Assembly: GCA_043228905.1 (NCBI GenBank)
Contig: JBHGNT010000010.1
Location: 17,794,001-17,858,000, forward strand
Reading direction: 5' to 3'
From: Azolla caroliniana
Lineage: Eukaryota > Plantae > Polypodiophyta
DNA length: 64,000 nt
In this document: positions 38,340-51,419 of the stretch, piece after piece
Layout of the letters: every line of letters starts with the position of its first letter
How positions within the stretch are numbered: the first letter of the stretch is position 1
Notes under the pieces: generated by a model
Seen by the model: only the letters and a program-made list of their open reading frames with translations
The model's database searches: none
Told to the model about the DNA's origin: nothing
Translations under genes and position numbers: made by a program

Positions 38340-38780
38340 TTGTGACAAGTCTTATCCATGTGATTTGGCTCCATAAATGAAAAATAAAATAAAATATTTA
38401 TCGGCTTGGTTGTGCTCACGTTCGGCTTTCTCACAAGTACAAAGGCTTATTAGGAATTTCCTTTGGGGATTTAAAGATGGTTCATATGTGAGAGCCAAGG
38501 TATCTTGGAAAGGTATTACAGCTCCAAAGGGCAAGGGTGGTCTTGGATTGATCGATCTTCTTTTACAATGTAAGGCTTTTTTGGGAAAATTTATTATAAG
38601 AGGTTTGTTGCTTGGTGGGGGGCCTTGGAAAATAATCTTAAGGCAGAGAATGGTTAATGTTATGCCTTCTACAGGTGCTAATTTGAAAGATAGTATTAGA
38701 TGGTGGTTTTTAAGAGATTTTAATCATTCCATTGATAATTTTCGCCAAGGGGTGGAACATATTTATAAACTCGTGAGAGA
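38340..38780 (+). mobile_element. L1-type LINE ORF2 fragment
   Basis: IRNFLWG...KVSWKGITAPKGKGGLGLIDL, a conserved post-RT motif of plant L1. Confidence 0.7.
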
Positions 38781-38896
38781 GTAAGAGAAGAGGATTAACA
38801 TAAAAGCAATAAGACATAATCAAATTAACATTAACACACCATTATGACATATAAATATATTAAGGACACTGGGGGATGGAACACAACGATAAATAT

Positions 38897-41491
38897 TGTG
38901 GTGTGCATGTGTTCCTTTGTGCCACCCTTTTAGCACACCCTTTTTAGGATGCATGTACCTAAGTTGACCCACCCTTTTAGCACACCCTTTTTAGCTAAGC
39001 CAACCCAAATGGGTACCTTCGTATCAACTATAAATTGAGTAAGAAGTAAGAAGCTAACTAGGCTGGTTTTGATCCCAGGTTTTGTTGCATGGATCGATGT
39101 AAACGACAATCTCCTTTTTGAGGGTCTTGTTGAGGCGTCCTTTTTAACTAAGCTGACCCACCCCTCAGTCCACAAGAGTGATTGATCTCTATTCGCCAAT
39201 TGCTAGCTCGTTTTCTGCCACTAGCCCCGTCCAACTATTACCTGATCAAGGCTGCCAGTTCCTCGGGGATGTTCTCAACGTCATTGCAGCTCAACTAGGT
39301 GTCCAATAGGTGTTTAAGTCCCCGTACCATCCTCAGACAAATGACCTCACTGGACACCTCAACAAGACCCTCAAGAAGGAGATTGCCGCTTACATCGATC
39401 CATGTTGGCAGGTTTCAAATGGATATTAATGGGCGATTCTGGTGGGAGGTGAGGATCATCCTAACTTTGACCAACCATTCACGTTGTAGACAGACGCATC
39501 AAACCATGGGTTAGGAGCTGTCCTTTTGTAAACCGATTTCCATGGGCAAGAAAAGGCGGTCGCCTTCATTAGCCACACTCTCACGCGGGCTGAACGCAAC
39601 TACTCAACCACCGAGAAGGAGCTACTTGCGATTGTCTGGTCTTTCCAGCGTCTTCACCCATACCTTCATGGTGGACATGTTACGGTTGAGGCTGACCACT
39701 AGCTCTTGCTTTCTCTTATCCATCGACCTCACCCCCCGGGCCGCTTGTTGCGATGGACATTAGCACTCCAAGATGATCAGTTTACCCTCTCCTATCAAAA
39801 AGGTGCAACCAATTTGGTCGCTGATAGTCTCTCTCGCGTCGACTTCCAAGTTGTCCAATTTCTCCCTGAGACATCTGATCTTCCGCTACCATTGACACAA
39901 TTCGCGACACTTCAACAACACGACCCCACCATCCAAGAGATAACTCATCATTTGTGCTCCCTCCAACCGTTTCCCTCACAACGGCGGTTCATGCTTCGTG
40001 ATAACTTGGTGTTCTTCATTCAAGCGCATCACGAGCCTTGTCTCTACATCCCTGATGCCCTACAACAAACGTATCTCCAATTTTATCATGACCACCCATT
40101 CTCGCCATCTGGGTTCCCACAAGATTCTCGAAAAATTATGCCTCAAGTACTACTGGCCCAACATGCGACACTATGTCGCTACCTACATCAAACAATGTGC
40201 TTTGTGTCAACACATCAAACCTGCAGGCAAGCCAGCTGGAACGCTACAACCCATCATCGTCACGTCACCTTTCGAGCTAGTCAGATGAGATTTCATGGGA
40301 CCTTTTCCTGAAACCTTGAGGGGCAACATGTATATCCTGATCATAACAAAATACCTCACCAGGTGGGCTGAAATTGTTGCCATCCCCGACATCACTACGC
40401 CAACAATCGCCTCCCAACTCTTGCAGAAGGTAATTTTTCAACACAGTTGCCCTGTCCAACTCTTATCTGATTAGGACTGCCAGTTCTGTGGGGATGTCCT
40501 CAATATTATTGCAACTCAATTAGGTGTCCCTTTCATGCAAGTGCATGCCTTTTAACACAGTGCCACCCTTTTAGCACACACTTTTGGGACGTATGTAGCT
40601 AGGTCGGCCCAAAATGGGTACCGTTGTATCTTCTATAGCTGCCCTCCTATCCTCCACCTCAACCAAGTCCAGGTGGCCCTCAGTCCATACGAGCGATTGA
40701 TCTTTCTCCTCCAATTGATCTTTCCCCGATCCCGTTGTGACACGATAGCCCTCCTGTCCCCCACCTCAGCCAAGTTTAGGTGGCCCTCAGTCCACAGGAG
40801 TGATTGATCTCTATCCGCCAATTGCTAGCTCGTTTTCCGTCACTAGTCCCGTCCAACTATTATCTGATCAAGCCTGCCAGTTCCACGGGGATGTCGTCAA
40901 CGTCGTTGCAGCTCAATTAGGTGTTCGGCAGGTGTTTAAGTCCCCATACCATCCTTAGAAAAATGACCTCACCGGACGCCTCAACAAGACCCTCAAGAAG
41001 GAGATTTCCGCTTACATCGATCCATACAACAAAACCTCGGATCAAATCTTGCCTTTCGTCATCCACGCCTACAATACATCTGTACATGCGTCGACATGGA
41101 TCAACCCTTTTCGAGCACTCTATGGGCGTAACCCTCACCTCCCACCAGAATCGTCTATTGATTTCCATTCGAAACCTGCCAACATGGATAGTGCCACTTG
41201 GGAGCTCTATCTCCAACAGATGCTCCCCCTCCTTCGACAAGCCACTGCCCCTGTTCCTGTTCCTGCTCCTCAGTCTCTTGTTTCTCTTAGGGGGGAAATG
41301 TAGTGTGCATGTGTTCCTTTGTGCCACCCTTTTAGCACACCCTTTTTAGGATGCGTGTACCTAAGCCGACTCACCCTTTTAGCACACCCTTTTTAGCTAA
41401 GCCAACCCAAATGGGCACCTTTGTATCAACTATAAATTGAGTAAGTAAGAAACCTAATAGGTTGGTTTTGATCTCTTATGTGCATTTCACA
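38897..41491 (+). mobile_element. Rearranged non-autonomous Ty3/Gypsy derivative (short LTRs, RNase H-integrase remnants)
   Basis: LTR-like direct repeats start TG at 38897 and 41299, with PPT AGGGGGGAAA at 41289-41298 and flanking ATAT. RNase H (TDAS..GLGAVL, ERNYSTTEKELLAIVW) and integrase Zn finger/core fragments carry stops and frameshifts. Confidence 0.75.
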
Positions 41492-43441
41492 ATATGTATA
41501 GTAATAACTCTATTCCATTATTATGTCCAACAATTTTACATTAGGAAAGAGGGGCTTTATATAGCCTCTTACAAGTAGGCATGTATCCATCTACTTCTTA
41601 CACTAATTCTTACATTATTTGTAAACTTACACATATCTTCTAGCGTCAACTCCCAAATAGTAATCTCACATTTCCTACTATACATTTTCTAGAATATGAT
41701 ATAAAAAATTCAATACTAAGTCTAACGTTATAGTTTGAGTCATCACATTTTGTTGAGCTTACACAAGGTGTGTTGTACATAAGGTTTACTTGAATCCCAA
41801 CATGTCCTATTTGCTTATGCTTCCAAATATCTAGCATGTGAGTTTGAGTAAAGGAAAAGAGAAATCAAAGGTACACAAAAAAATTGTAGTGTAAGGTAGG
41901 AGAAGAGTATATCAACGAAACAATATAAGAGAGTCGTTAGCAAGGTGGGAGAAGTGTGAGAAGAGTAGAGCAACAATTTAGCTATATGAGGACAATCCAA
42001 GCTATATTGGAACGGGGATAGTGCATTTATTCTTATGCTATGTGACTCGACCCATTGTTGCATTTTAACATACTATTAATGAATATCTCCATGTTAGCAA
42101 GCTCTTTTTAAGTGCCAACCTTGAGTACCTTCATTTAAGGAGCTCCCAATTATATTATGTGGCACCAATGCTTTGCCTCTTATAGTATGAGCAATCATTG
42201 AGACCAAATGTCTGTCTAAATCTTTCTAGTTATTTGCCTTGTTAAGACTTAGTTCGATTTCCAAGTTTCTACTCCATAGAGAAAAGTTAGTGTGACAAGT
42301 ATATCAAATAGAAATGATTAGCTTGTGGCTCTAGGAGTTGCAAATGTTCATATTGTTTTTCAATAGCACCAAACGTTGCATATGCATGAGAAAGTCAAGC
42401 ACATGCATCCTTTTATAAGGAGAATTGAGGCCATGTGAATGTTACTCCTAGGTACATGTAAGATGGTGTGTATGACGTCTTTTCCTCTCCCAAGAAGAAT
42501 GTAGGTTTTGATATTGTTACCCATGCTTCATTGGTGTTAAAATCCATTACTTTAGTTTTATCTATGTTACTGACAAACCCTTGTTTGTACAAAATAACTG
42601 CTATGTATGTTATAGTCCCTCTAGAATGTTAACATCAACACAATATCATCACTATATAACAATATTTTTGTGGTTATACCTGTTATACATGCTCCCAAAC
42701 TGTGGAATCTCTTTATGTAAGGTGATACCTCATCTATATAGAGACCATAGGGAGTGCTCATTATTGTTTTACTCCAACTGTGCTAGTCACAACATTTGAC
42801 AACACATTGGGAGACCAAATCATTTTTTATATGGATTCATACAATGTATTGATTCCCCGTTGCATATAAATAGGGACACTTAGGGTTTCTAGTCACTACA
42901 TGAGTCGAGCATGTGGTACTATGTTGATGCTTTTACAGAAATCCACAAAGCAACTACACATCCTCTTATTATGGGCTTGGACCTCCATAATAAAGGATTT
43001 GAGGGTTAGCATGTGAGCCAAAGTTGTGAACCCCTTCCAAAAGCCTACTTTTCCAACTGAACTCTAGCCATTTCAGTCAACCCAAATAGTCAATTCAGAC
43101 TTTAGGATTGAGCCATCTAGTTTGGCCTAGTAATGGCTAATCATCATTGTCCTATAATTACTCACATGGGGTCTCCACCGTTGAAGATCGGCACAATTAT
43201 ATGTTTTGTCCAATTAGCAGGGAAACCTTCACAGTTAGGTTCATTAAAGATGCATGCTAGCAACATGAGCAAATATGTCACAGACTTAGTTAAAGTGCTA
43301 ACTTAGCAATCCATATGATCTTGGGCCTTCACAAATTTTAGCCGATCAATGGTGTTTCTTACATTTTGTAAAGTAGAAGGTGGATTTACGTGGTTGTGAG
43401 CCATGTTGATGGGTCAATGGGGCTTGTTAAGTACTCGTGGT

Positions 43442-46400
43442 TGTTACCCGTTCCTTTGGGTGACACCTTCGATAGACCTGAGGTTATCGGTAGCAAAGGA
43501 TGTGTTACGTGAAGGCTCGTAAACAGAGGCGTCGTGAGGTAGAAAATAATCCGAGATGGAACACTAGTGAGATCTTGATAGGCGTAGACGACGCTTAATT
43601 AAGAAACACGAGAGAAAACACAGACTCATGGAGCAAGATGGGCACAATAACAGATATGTATTAATGCGATAGCAAAAGGGTTACAGAGCGCGGCCTACGG
43701 CCGGTGACCTTACAATAGTATCTAATTACGATGGAATTTGCTAGTGCTTCCGCCTATACTTTTTCTCTGCCCCCTCTGAGGTACTCGACCTTGTTTAAAT
43801 AACGTTTCCCCTAATACACAGCCGAGCCGTCGGTGGCCCGTGATACTCGGACTCGGCACTCACTGGCGTTCTTTCCTACTCGGTTACACTGCCGCCGTTT
43901 GCTAATTTCCTAATTTACATTTCTGTCCTCTGGACAACACCTGGCACGCCCGTGGGACAGGACCTTGTCTGTTGGACCCACGACTTACAAAATACTAACA
44001 ACATTACAAAAAATGCATTTTAGGCGTGATCCTCGTTTCATTCCTCTTCTAAGATGTCGAGGATGTTTTCAGGGTCCGGGGTGGTGGCAGGGTGGTCTGG
44101 TTGGACTGTTGGTGCGGGGGGTTGAGTTTGGTCTAGGGGTGTCATATCCTCTCGGGCATCCGCCTCAGGTGCGACCGATTCGTCTGGTGGTGGTGTGGGT
44201 TCGAGGGGGCTGACCTCTACTTCGACTGGATCTGGTACCGTGTGGGCGTCCTCGGGAGGTCTGTTGGCCGGGGCGAGTTCCTTTTGTGCCGTGTCCGTGA
44301 TCTCCTCGCTGGGAGGTTCTTCCTTCTGCTCTGTGGCCGTTGGAGGGCTGGTTGGGATGGCTGCGAGTCGTTCTCGTTCGAGGGCTTCTGCTTCCAGGCG
44401 AAACAACATCTGATCGTCATTGAAGTCCTCCAGCATTTGCTCGATTGCCGCGGTGTGAGATTTCGCCAAGGACTGGTAATCCTCGGTTAAATCTGCACGG
44501 AGGTTTTGTATGCTGGCTTCGTCCATTTTGTAAAAGCCGCGGCCCTCCTTCCGTCGGTTCTCGGCGTCGGCGCGTGAAATATGCAATTCGGCAACTTGGG
44601 CTGCCCATTCTTCTCCTGCGCGACTTAATGTTGCCTCGACCTTTTTGGTGAGGTGCTGGCGCTGTTTCTCGATCAGTATTTTGATGCGTGTCTCATCCAT
44701 GCCGGGCTGTGCTCGGACGACTACCAATTCCTCTTTTAAGCTGTTGACCTCGGCTTGAAGCTTCTTTGCGAGTAGTTCATAGGTGGCTTGAGTGTTCTTT
44801 GCATCCGTGGTTACGAGCTGGATAGACTACTCGTAATGCTTGGTGAGCTCTTCGGTAGCTTTCTCCCATTCTTTTTGACACGCGGCCCAGACTTGTTCCC
44901 GTTCGACGATTCTCTCTTCTTGAAGGGCGAGGTAGGAATTAGATAATTCGTCTTTTTGCTCCGAAAGTAGCTTGCATTTGATGAAAAACTCGTCAGCCAT
45001 TTCTTTAAGGGTTGTACGCTGACTCTGCAGCTCGGCATTCTCCGTGATCATTCTCTCCTCCCGTTGGCGATTTCTTTCCTCCTGCTGGTGGTTCCAGTCT
45101 TTCGCATTGTCGAGCACGGCCTGTAGGTCTAGGACCTCCTTCTCTTTCTCTGCCACTGTGGCCGCGTATTCCTCCAGCTTGCTTTTGAGTTCTGCTTCTT
45201 TGCCCGCGGCTTGCGCTTGTACCTGGCCTAGTGCCTCGTTCTGCTCGTGTATCCTTTGGTCGGCCTGGGCTCTAATCTCGGCCATCCGTTTGGAAGCTTC
45301 TTCTTTTAAGCGAGCCATGGCCTCTTGATGCTATTGTTCGTGTCTCTCGGTCCACCGTTCTTCTTTAAGCACCTCCTTGGGTGCACGAGGGGGGGTTCTA
45401 TCTAGGTTGCCACCTCCTTGGGTGGACGAGGGGGTGGTGTTTGGGTCTTCTCCATGGGCGTGGCCGCCTCGGTTGTTGTGCAGGCATCGACCATTTGTAA
45501 TGAGTCCGTTAGTGTGCTGGCCTGGATCGTCAGGATTGAATCCGTGACGGTGCTTTCATCTATCATTGTTATGCGTGGAGGGGTTGGGAGGGCCTCGGTG
45601 GTCGTGGTCGGAAGGCTCAATAGTTGTTGTTCTGGCCGGTTTTGCTCCCAGGCTGCCAGTTTTCATTTCGCAGCATGCCAGAACTTCGTAGCCACCTTAG
45701 CCTGTTTTTGGGCTGTTTTTATCTTTCGGGCCATGTCTTTGGCTGCCCGCGTAGTGCGATCCAGGTCCCTATATGCCTCGATGAGGGCCGTGTTCAACTC
45801 GGGGACCTCCATGAGGAGAGCAACCTACTTTGCCTGCTTCTTCTTCCCTATTTTTTGTAAAGCCCTGTCGTCCTTGGGCTCAATTTCACCTAATAGCGCG
45901 CGTTGAATCATTTTTGTTTCGGCGTGCTCTTCCGCCATTCGAGCGGCTGCCGCGACTTGGGTTCTGGCGAGGAAGTCGACCAACTCGAATGTCGTACCGA
46001 GGCGTAGGAGCGCACTAAAGTCGTATGCCTCCGCGGGGAGGTCTTTATAACCGAGGACTTCATCCTCCGAGATCTGCGTTGTCGGCCCATGCTCGATCTT
46101 TCCCTGGTTCATCGATGCCTCCACAGGGATGATGGCCAGGTTGCTCTGGCTAACAACTAAGGCTTGCTCTTGTTGTGGCTCTTCCTATTCTGCCGAGGAC
46201 TCGCGGTTGAGTCGTCTTTTCTTGCTCGGTTGGGTTTTGGGTTCCGGGGCCGGTGGTGTCGTTTCCTCCGCTTGCTTCCTTTTCTGGGTTCGTGGTGGTG
46301 CTGCCTGCTGTGTGTTGGGGCGTGGGCTAGGCTCTGGGGGAGTTACCGAGGGACGCGGCGTTGGTTGTCGAATGGTGACATCGTCTGCCGTGTTGTCCTC

Positions 46401-47306
46401 CGTGGCTGTCTCCTCCTCCCATTCTTGGCAAGTCTCGGGAACTGCCCTATTTTGTTGGGGTTGGGTGGGTGGTGGTGCCGATGCGGGGTTTTGATCGGCG
46501 ACAGGAGGTGAAGGCGGTGTGGGCTCCTCCCATGCTTCGTGGCTGATGGCAACCAATTTCTCTCTCTGCCTTCGTGGTGGTGGTGGGGACGTGAGTGTCC
46601 GAGGGGAAGGATTGTGCTGGGGGAGCCTCCGATTGCTCGGGAAAGGATTGGTCAGTGACCGCCGAGTCGGAAGTTCCTTCGACTGGCTTAGGGCGTCGGG
46701 CAGGTGGCCGAGACCTCGTGGTGCGAGAGGGCGCTGTAACGGCGGCTGGTGGTTACCTTCAACGAAGTTCGCTGTGCACTCACAGCTGTAACCGGGCGTG
46801 CCAAATTGTGTTACCCGTTCCTTTGGGTGACACCTTCGATAGACCTGAGGTTATCGGTAGCAAAGGATGTGTTACGTGAAGGCTCGTAAACAGAGGCGTC
46901 GTGAGGTAGAAAATAATCCGAGATGGAACACTAGTGAGATCTTGATAGGCGTGGACGGTGCTTAATTCAGAAACACGAGAGAAAACACAGACTCATGGAG
47001 CAAGATGGGCACAATAATAGATATGTATTAATGCGATAGCAAAAGGGTTACAGAGCGCGGCCTACGGCCGGTGACCTTACAATAGTATCTAATTACGATG
47101 GAATTTGCTAGTGCTTCCGCCTATACTTTTTCTCTGCCCCCTCTGAGGTACTCGACCTTGTTTAAATAACGTTTCCCCTAATACACAGCCGAGCCGTCGG
47201 TGGCCCGTGATACTCGGACTCAGCGCTCGCTGGTGTTCTTTCCTACTCGGTTACACTACCGCCGTTTGCTAATTTCCTAATTTACATTTCTGTCCTCTGG
47301 ACAACA
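43442..47306 (-). mobile_element. Non-autonomous LTR retrotransposon (Tat-like tRNA-Arg PBS) with inverted double PBS
   Basis: 498-bp LTRs at 43442-43939 and 46809-47306 (TG..CA, about 10 mismatches by eye) and TSD GTGGT. TGGCACGCCC occurs at both internal ends in opposite orientation. Confidence 0.92.
44038..46790 (-). pseudogene. Disrupted long ORF: Pro/Thr-rich N-terminus, long coiled-coil, acidic Pro-rich tail; no gag/pol motifs
   Basis: Collinear ORFs 46556-46185, 46124-45825, 45620-45402, 45318-44827 and 44727-44038 are separated by TAG stops and one frameshift. Confidence 0.65.
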
Positions 47307-47689
47307 GTGGTATGTAGCATGACCCCATGAAGACATTGGCATTGGCATGGTCACTGAAATTAGTGTAATACTAGGAAAGAAAGAAGGATAGAATGAAATT
47401 GCTTCTATAGCTTTATGCCAAATGGCCACTCTAATGTAAAAGGGGACAAGCCATTTGTAAAAAGCAACAAAAGTCACTTTTTGTGATTTCTTCTTGATCA
47501 CGAATTAATTGTGACGATTAAGGGAAAAAATGAATTAAGGATGCTTATCCACTGTGACACCAAATATCTCCAAGAAAACAGGAGTCAACATATCTTTATT
47601 TACAACTTGTTAATTTTCATTTCTCGCACAAGTGTGCAAGTGATAAGACGTATATCGGCATGATCTCATAGTTCACATTTTCTTATTGG

Positions 47690-48270
47690 AAGATGTCAAT
47701 ATATTGCCCATCAAATTATGTTTAATGATTCTTCTTTACTAGCCCAAATCAATTGTTTTATTTTGTAAATGTAGTGATTAGGACATCCATATGTCATTGT
47801 GCACACCATTTAATTCGATTAATGAGAATTCTCGCATTTTTGTCTTACATCATGTTAATGTTGTAATGAACAATATACGCAATGAATTCATAGTTCACAA
47901 TGCACATTTGCTGCTTTAGAAGTGTTTTAATATATTTACTTCTACTTTCGTAAGCCCATCAAATTATGTGTAATGATTCATCTTTACAAGCTCAAATTAA
48001 TTGCTCTATTTTGTAATGTAGTGAGGAGGAAATCCACCTAACAGTGTGCACCATTTACTTCGATTCATGAGAATTCTAGCATTTTTGTTTACCTCGTGTT
48101 TAGAGCATAACAAATAATATATGAATGGATCTCATAATTCACAACTGCCTCTTGAGAGATGTCAAATTAAGCTTATCAAATTATGTCTAATGATTCACCT
48201 TTACAAGCTCAAATTAATTGCATTATTTTGGAATGTAGTGAGGACATCTACCAACTTTGTGCACTATTTA
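47690..48270. repeat. Three degenerate ~220-250-bp tandem copies
   Basis: atcaaattatgt.taatgattc..ctttac.agc.caaat.aattg recurs at about 47710, 47957 and 48175. Confidence 0.6.
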
Positions 48271-50414
48271 TGTTTCCCAATGTTCAATTAAATTTTCACT
48301 TTTTAAAACAGTTTTTAGGGCATCGTTCTTTCCATTCTATTTAGTAACAATTTAGTAAATCCTTGGAAAATTGTAAGGTTAATTGTACTTGTATAAGGTT
48401 AACAAAATCATTTAAACAACAAAGAGCATACATTTTAAATGTTCCAAAAAACTTAACATATTAAAAGGGAGAGACTCAATGTGAAATACAAGACAAGGGA
48501 AAGACCGTTGCGTGGATTGAACTTGGAGTCCTTTGAAAACTTTGATTGTGATGCAATATTGTTGTAAATGGTCTAGGATAACATAATGGGAAACATATGC
48601 ATCTTATTTTCGTAACATCATGCCAAATATTTGGCGCATACATATAGATGGTCATGCACAATGTTGTCTTCTTTATTAAGTAGAGGAATTAGGGCTTGGA
48701 GAGTTTGTTTTCTTAATGAATCATCTCATGCATCAAGATTCATGTGAATGTAGAGGATAAAGTCCAACCTTGGTCATTTGAAGTATGTTCATGACATACA
48801 ATGGGTTTCTATTAGCACTTGATTATTATTCCATGAAGATGTACATTAACATAAAAGTAGTCAAAATGGTCGGAGTAACAACTCTTTTTTGTATCATTGT
48901 TGTAAACAAACAAGTTTGTAGACGCTAATAACTATTTAATAGAAAAGGAAAAATGAGATGTTCCACAATTTGAAAATTCAATATGTTTTCTTCACATTTT
49001 AGCAGGATTATAACAATTTTGGAACTTTGCTTTACCACACCCAAGTTACAACCATTTCTTGAGTTGTAGAATGACATGTTTGTGATGCTGAAATTATTCC
49101 TAGAAGGTGCTGAAAAATGGGTGAATCATGAACACTTTCACCAAAACTATTTCTTGATTCCATAGCCTCAAAAATGGCGGTGCATGGACATTAATATCTA
49201 GACTTTCAATTATTGTATATTACTAAATGTTTGGATGCCCAAGTTTTAGTCATTTGTTTGAGTTGTATAACAAAATTTATGGGATGCCGAAAGCACTGCT
49301 AGAGGTGCAAAATTTTGGGTGATATATTAAGATTGTTGTGAAAAGTATTGCTTGATTCCATGGCTTTAGAAATGGTCATGCTTATACATTAATATCAAGA
49401 CTTTTGAAGATTGTGTAACACTAAAATTCTGGTTGCTTTGATGATATTGCCTCAAAGTAATCTAAATTAGAAGTGTCGCATATATATGATTTTAGTTAAT
49501 TGGGTATTCTCTTTCTCCATGATTTTATAAAGGCTTAATGGCCCAAGTTTTGTGATAATAATGTTCCTATAATGGATAGTAACCTTCAAATACCACATAA
49601 AAGGGAGGGACGTGGAATATGCAAGGAAAACTTCATGACTTACAAAGAACTAATTCCTAAAATGGATGTTTTCATTTCTTTGGGTAAACCTACTACAAGT
49701 CATCGTATGCATGACAAGATGAGATACGTTATCACAATGTGGGTTTTATATGAATATGCTACTTAGCCTATTTATATATATTTAAATCATGCTCCATAAT
49801 TTCATATTACATCACAAATATTACTGAAAAATAACAGAATAAGAATACCACGTGGGGAAACTTGCTCATTCAAGACAACATGATGATGATGATGGACAAC
49901 TTACACCTCGGGCTTTATGCAGTTAAGGGGACACAATGCTCTTATTACTCCTCTCTTTAGATGCAAGACGTGGAGGAGACAATAGAGTATTTTCTCTTCC
50001 ATCCTAATAAAACAAAACCAAGTAGGGGTATAGGTATGTACACACACACACACACACACACACACAAATAGAGTCACTTAAACATGTCCTTGGCTATTTT
50101 AGAAAACAAAATTTATATTAAAAGACCATTTGCTCGACATTCAGTAAGGAGACAACAACAACAAAAATTGTGAGTAAGAGACTTTCAGTTTTCATCTTAG
50201 TGTGTGTATATATATATATATATATATAAGGAGGGGTATAGGTATGTAATACCAAGTACATAAGTAGAAGGAGAGTTACCAAGTTTCTAGTGTTACAAAC
50301 TAGTGGGTTCATATTTTGTTACTTATAATAAGGTATATCTATATAGTCTAATACACTATATTATAAGTTGAATAAATTTTAACCTACTCTCATTTGCCTG
50401 TGTTCGTCATAACT

Positions 50415-51405
50415 ATGGAGATAAATAGAGTGTTAATGAATGTGGTCATGCCTATATTGGTTTTGGTTGTGGTGCTTATGATCATAATGGATGTGAGTGT
50501 GGTAGTTAATGGCGTGGATCTGGATCCGTTGGTGGACATACCCACCACGGTTGGAAAATAATAAGTTTACCCTCCGGAATTTGTTAACTAACGGGGCCGT
50601 CACACAAGACACTGGTGTTATCAGGGCGGCTGTCAATACCACCAACCTACCCCTCACCTTGTAAAAACAATGTCTCTTTTGAGTGTTGAAAAAAAATGTT
50701 TCTTTAAGTGACTATCTTAAATATATATCCACATGGTTTCCCCTCATTCTCATTCTCTTTTGTCCCCAAGTCGCAAGAGATCACGTATGTGCGGTTCCAA
50801 ATGTTTCCATGCCGTGTGAACCTGCCACACATGCACCCGTGTGCAGCTGAGATCCGCACACTCATCTCCGGGGGGGCGCTCCAAGTCGGCTTTGTTGACA
50901 CCTCCGGTAAGTGTACAAAATCAAGTGAAAAAACAAAACAAACAAACAAACAAAAACATGGCCTAAACTAACTAACTCACTCATTTAGGGGTGGTTGGGG
51001 GCACTTTTTTGTGTGTTTTTGATGTGGTTCCACACATCAACCTCATGTTCCCGGGTGATGTTCTCGAGCTCCTCCACTATGAGATCAATGTCAGGACAGA
51101 CATTGCAGACTACCTCTCTACACTCAACAGTCAAAACCCTGGCACCTTGGTACACATCCTACACACACACACATACACATACACATACACATACACATTC
51201 ATTCCCTTCCTTGTGGAATTCCAATATAGATTTCCCCTTAACTTATATGTGATTCTAATAGTTGAATTTTTACCTTGGGGGTCCAATGTCATTGTTGTTG
51301 TAGTGTAGACGACTAGCTTGGCACTATTCCAAGTGTTTGCGCATGCTCTTGCTACATCGTCGAATGCCACTCAAGCAGACCGCCACACTATTCCCCTATA
51401 GTGCT
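50415..51405 (+). pseudogene. Germin-like protein (cupin) pseudogene
   Basis: Signal peptide MEINRVLMNVVMPILVLVVVL...DLDPLVD, then a frameshift/stop at about 50560. Degenerate germin box VNLPHMHPCAAE, LQVGFVDTSG, PGDV...LHYEINV...LNSQNPG, spread over exons. Confidence 0.75.
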
Positions 51406-51419
51406 AGCCTGAAGTGGAC

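Noticed and set aside
41600-43441. Decayed Copia-like pol sequence around the double-PBS element
   Set aside because: Only faint motif traces are visible, with no supportable boundaries.
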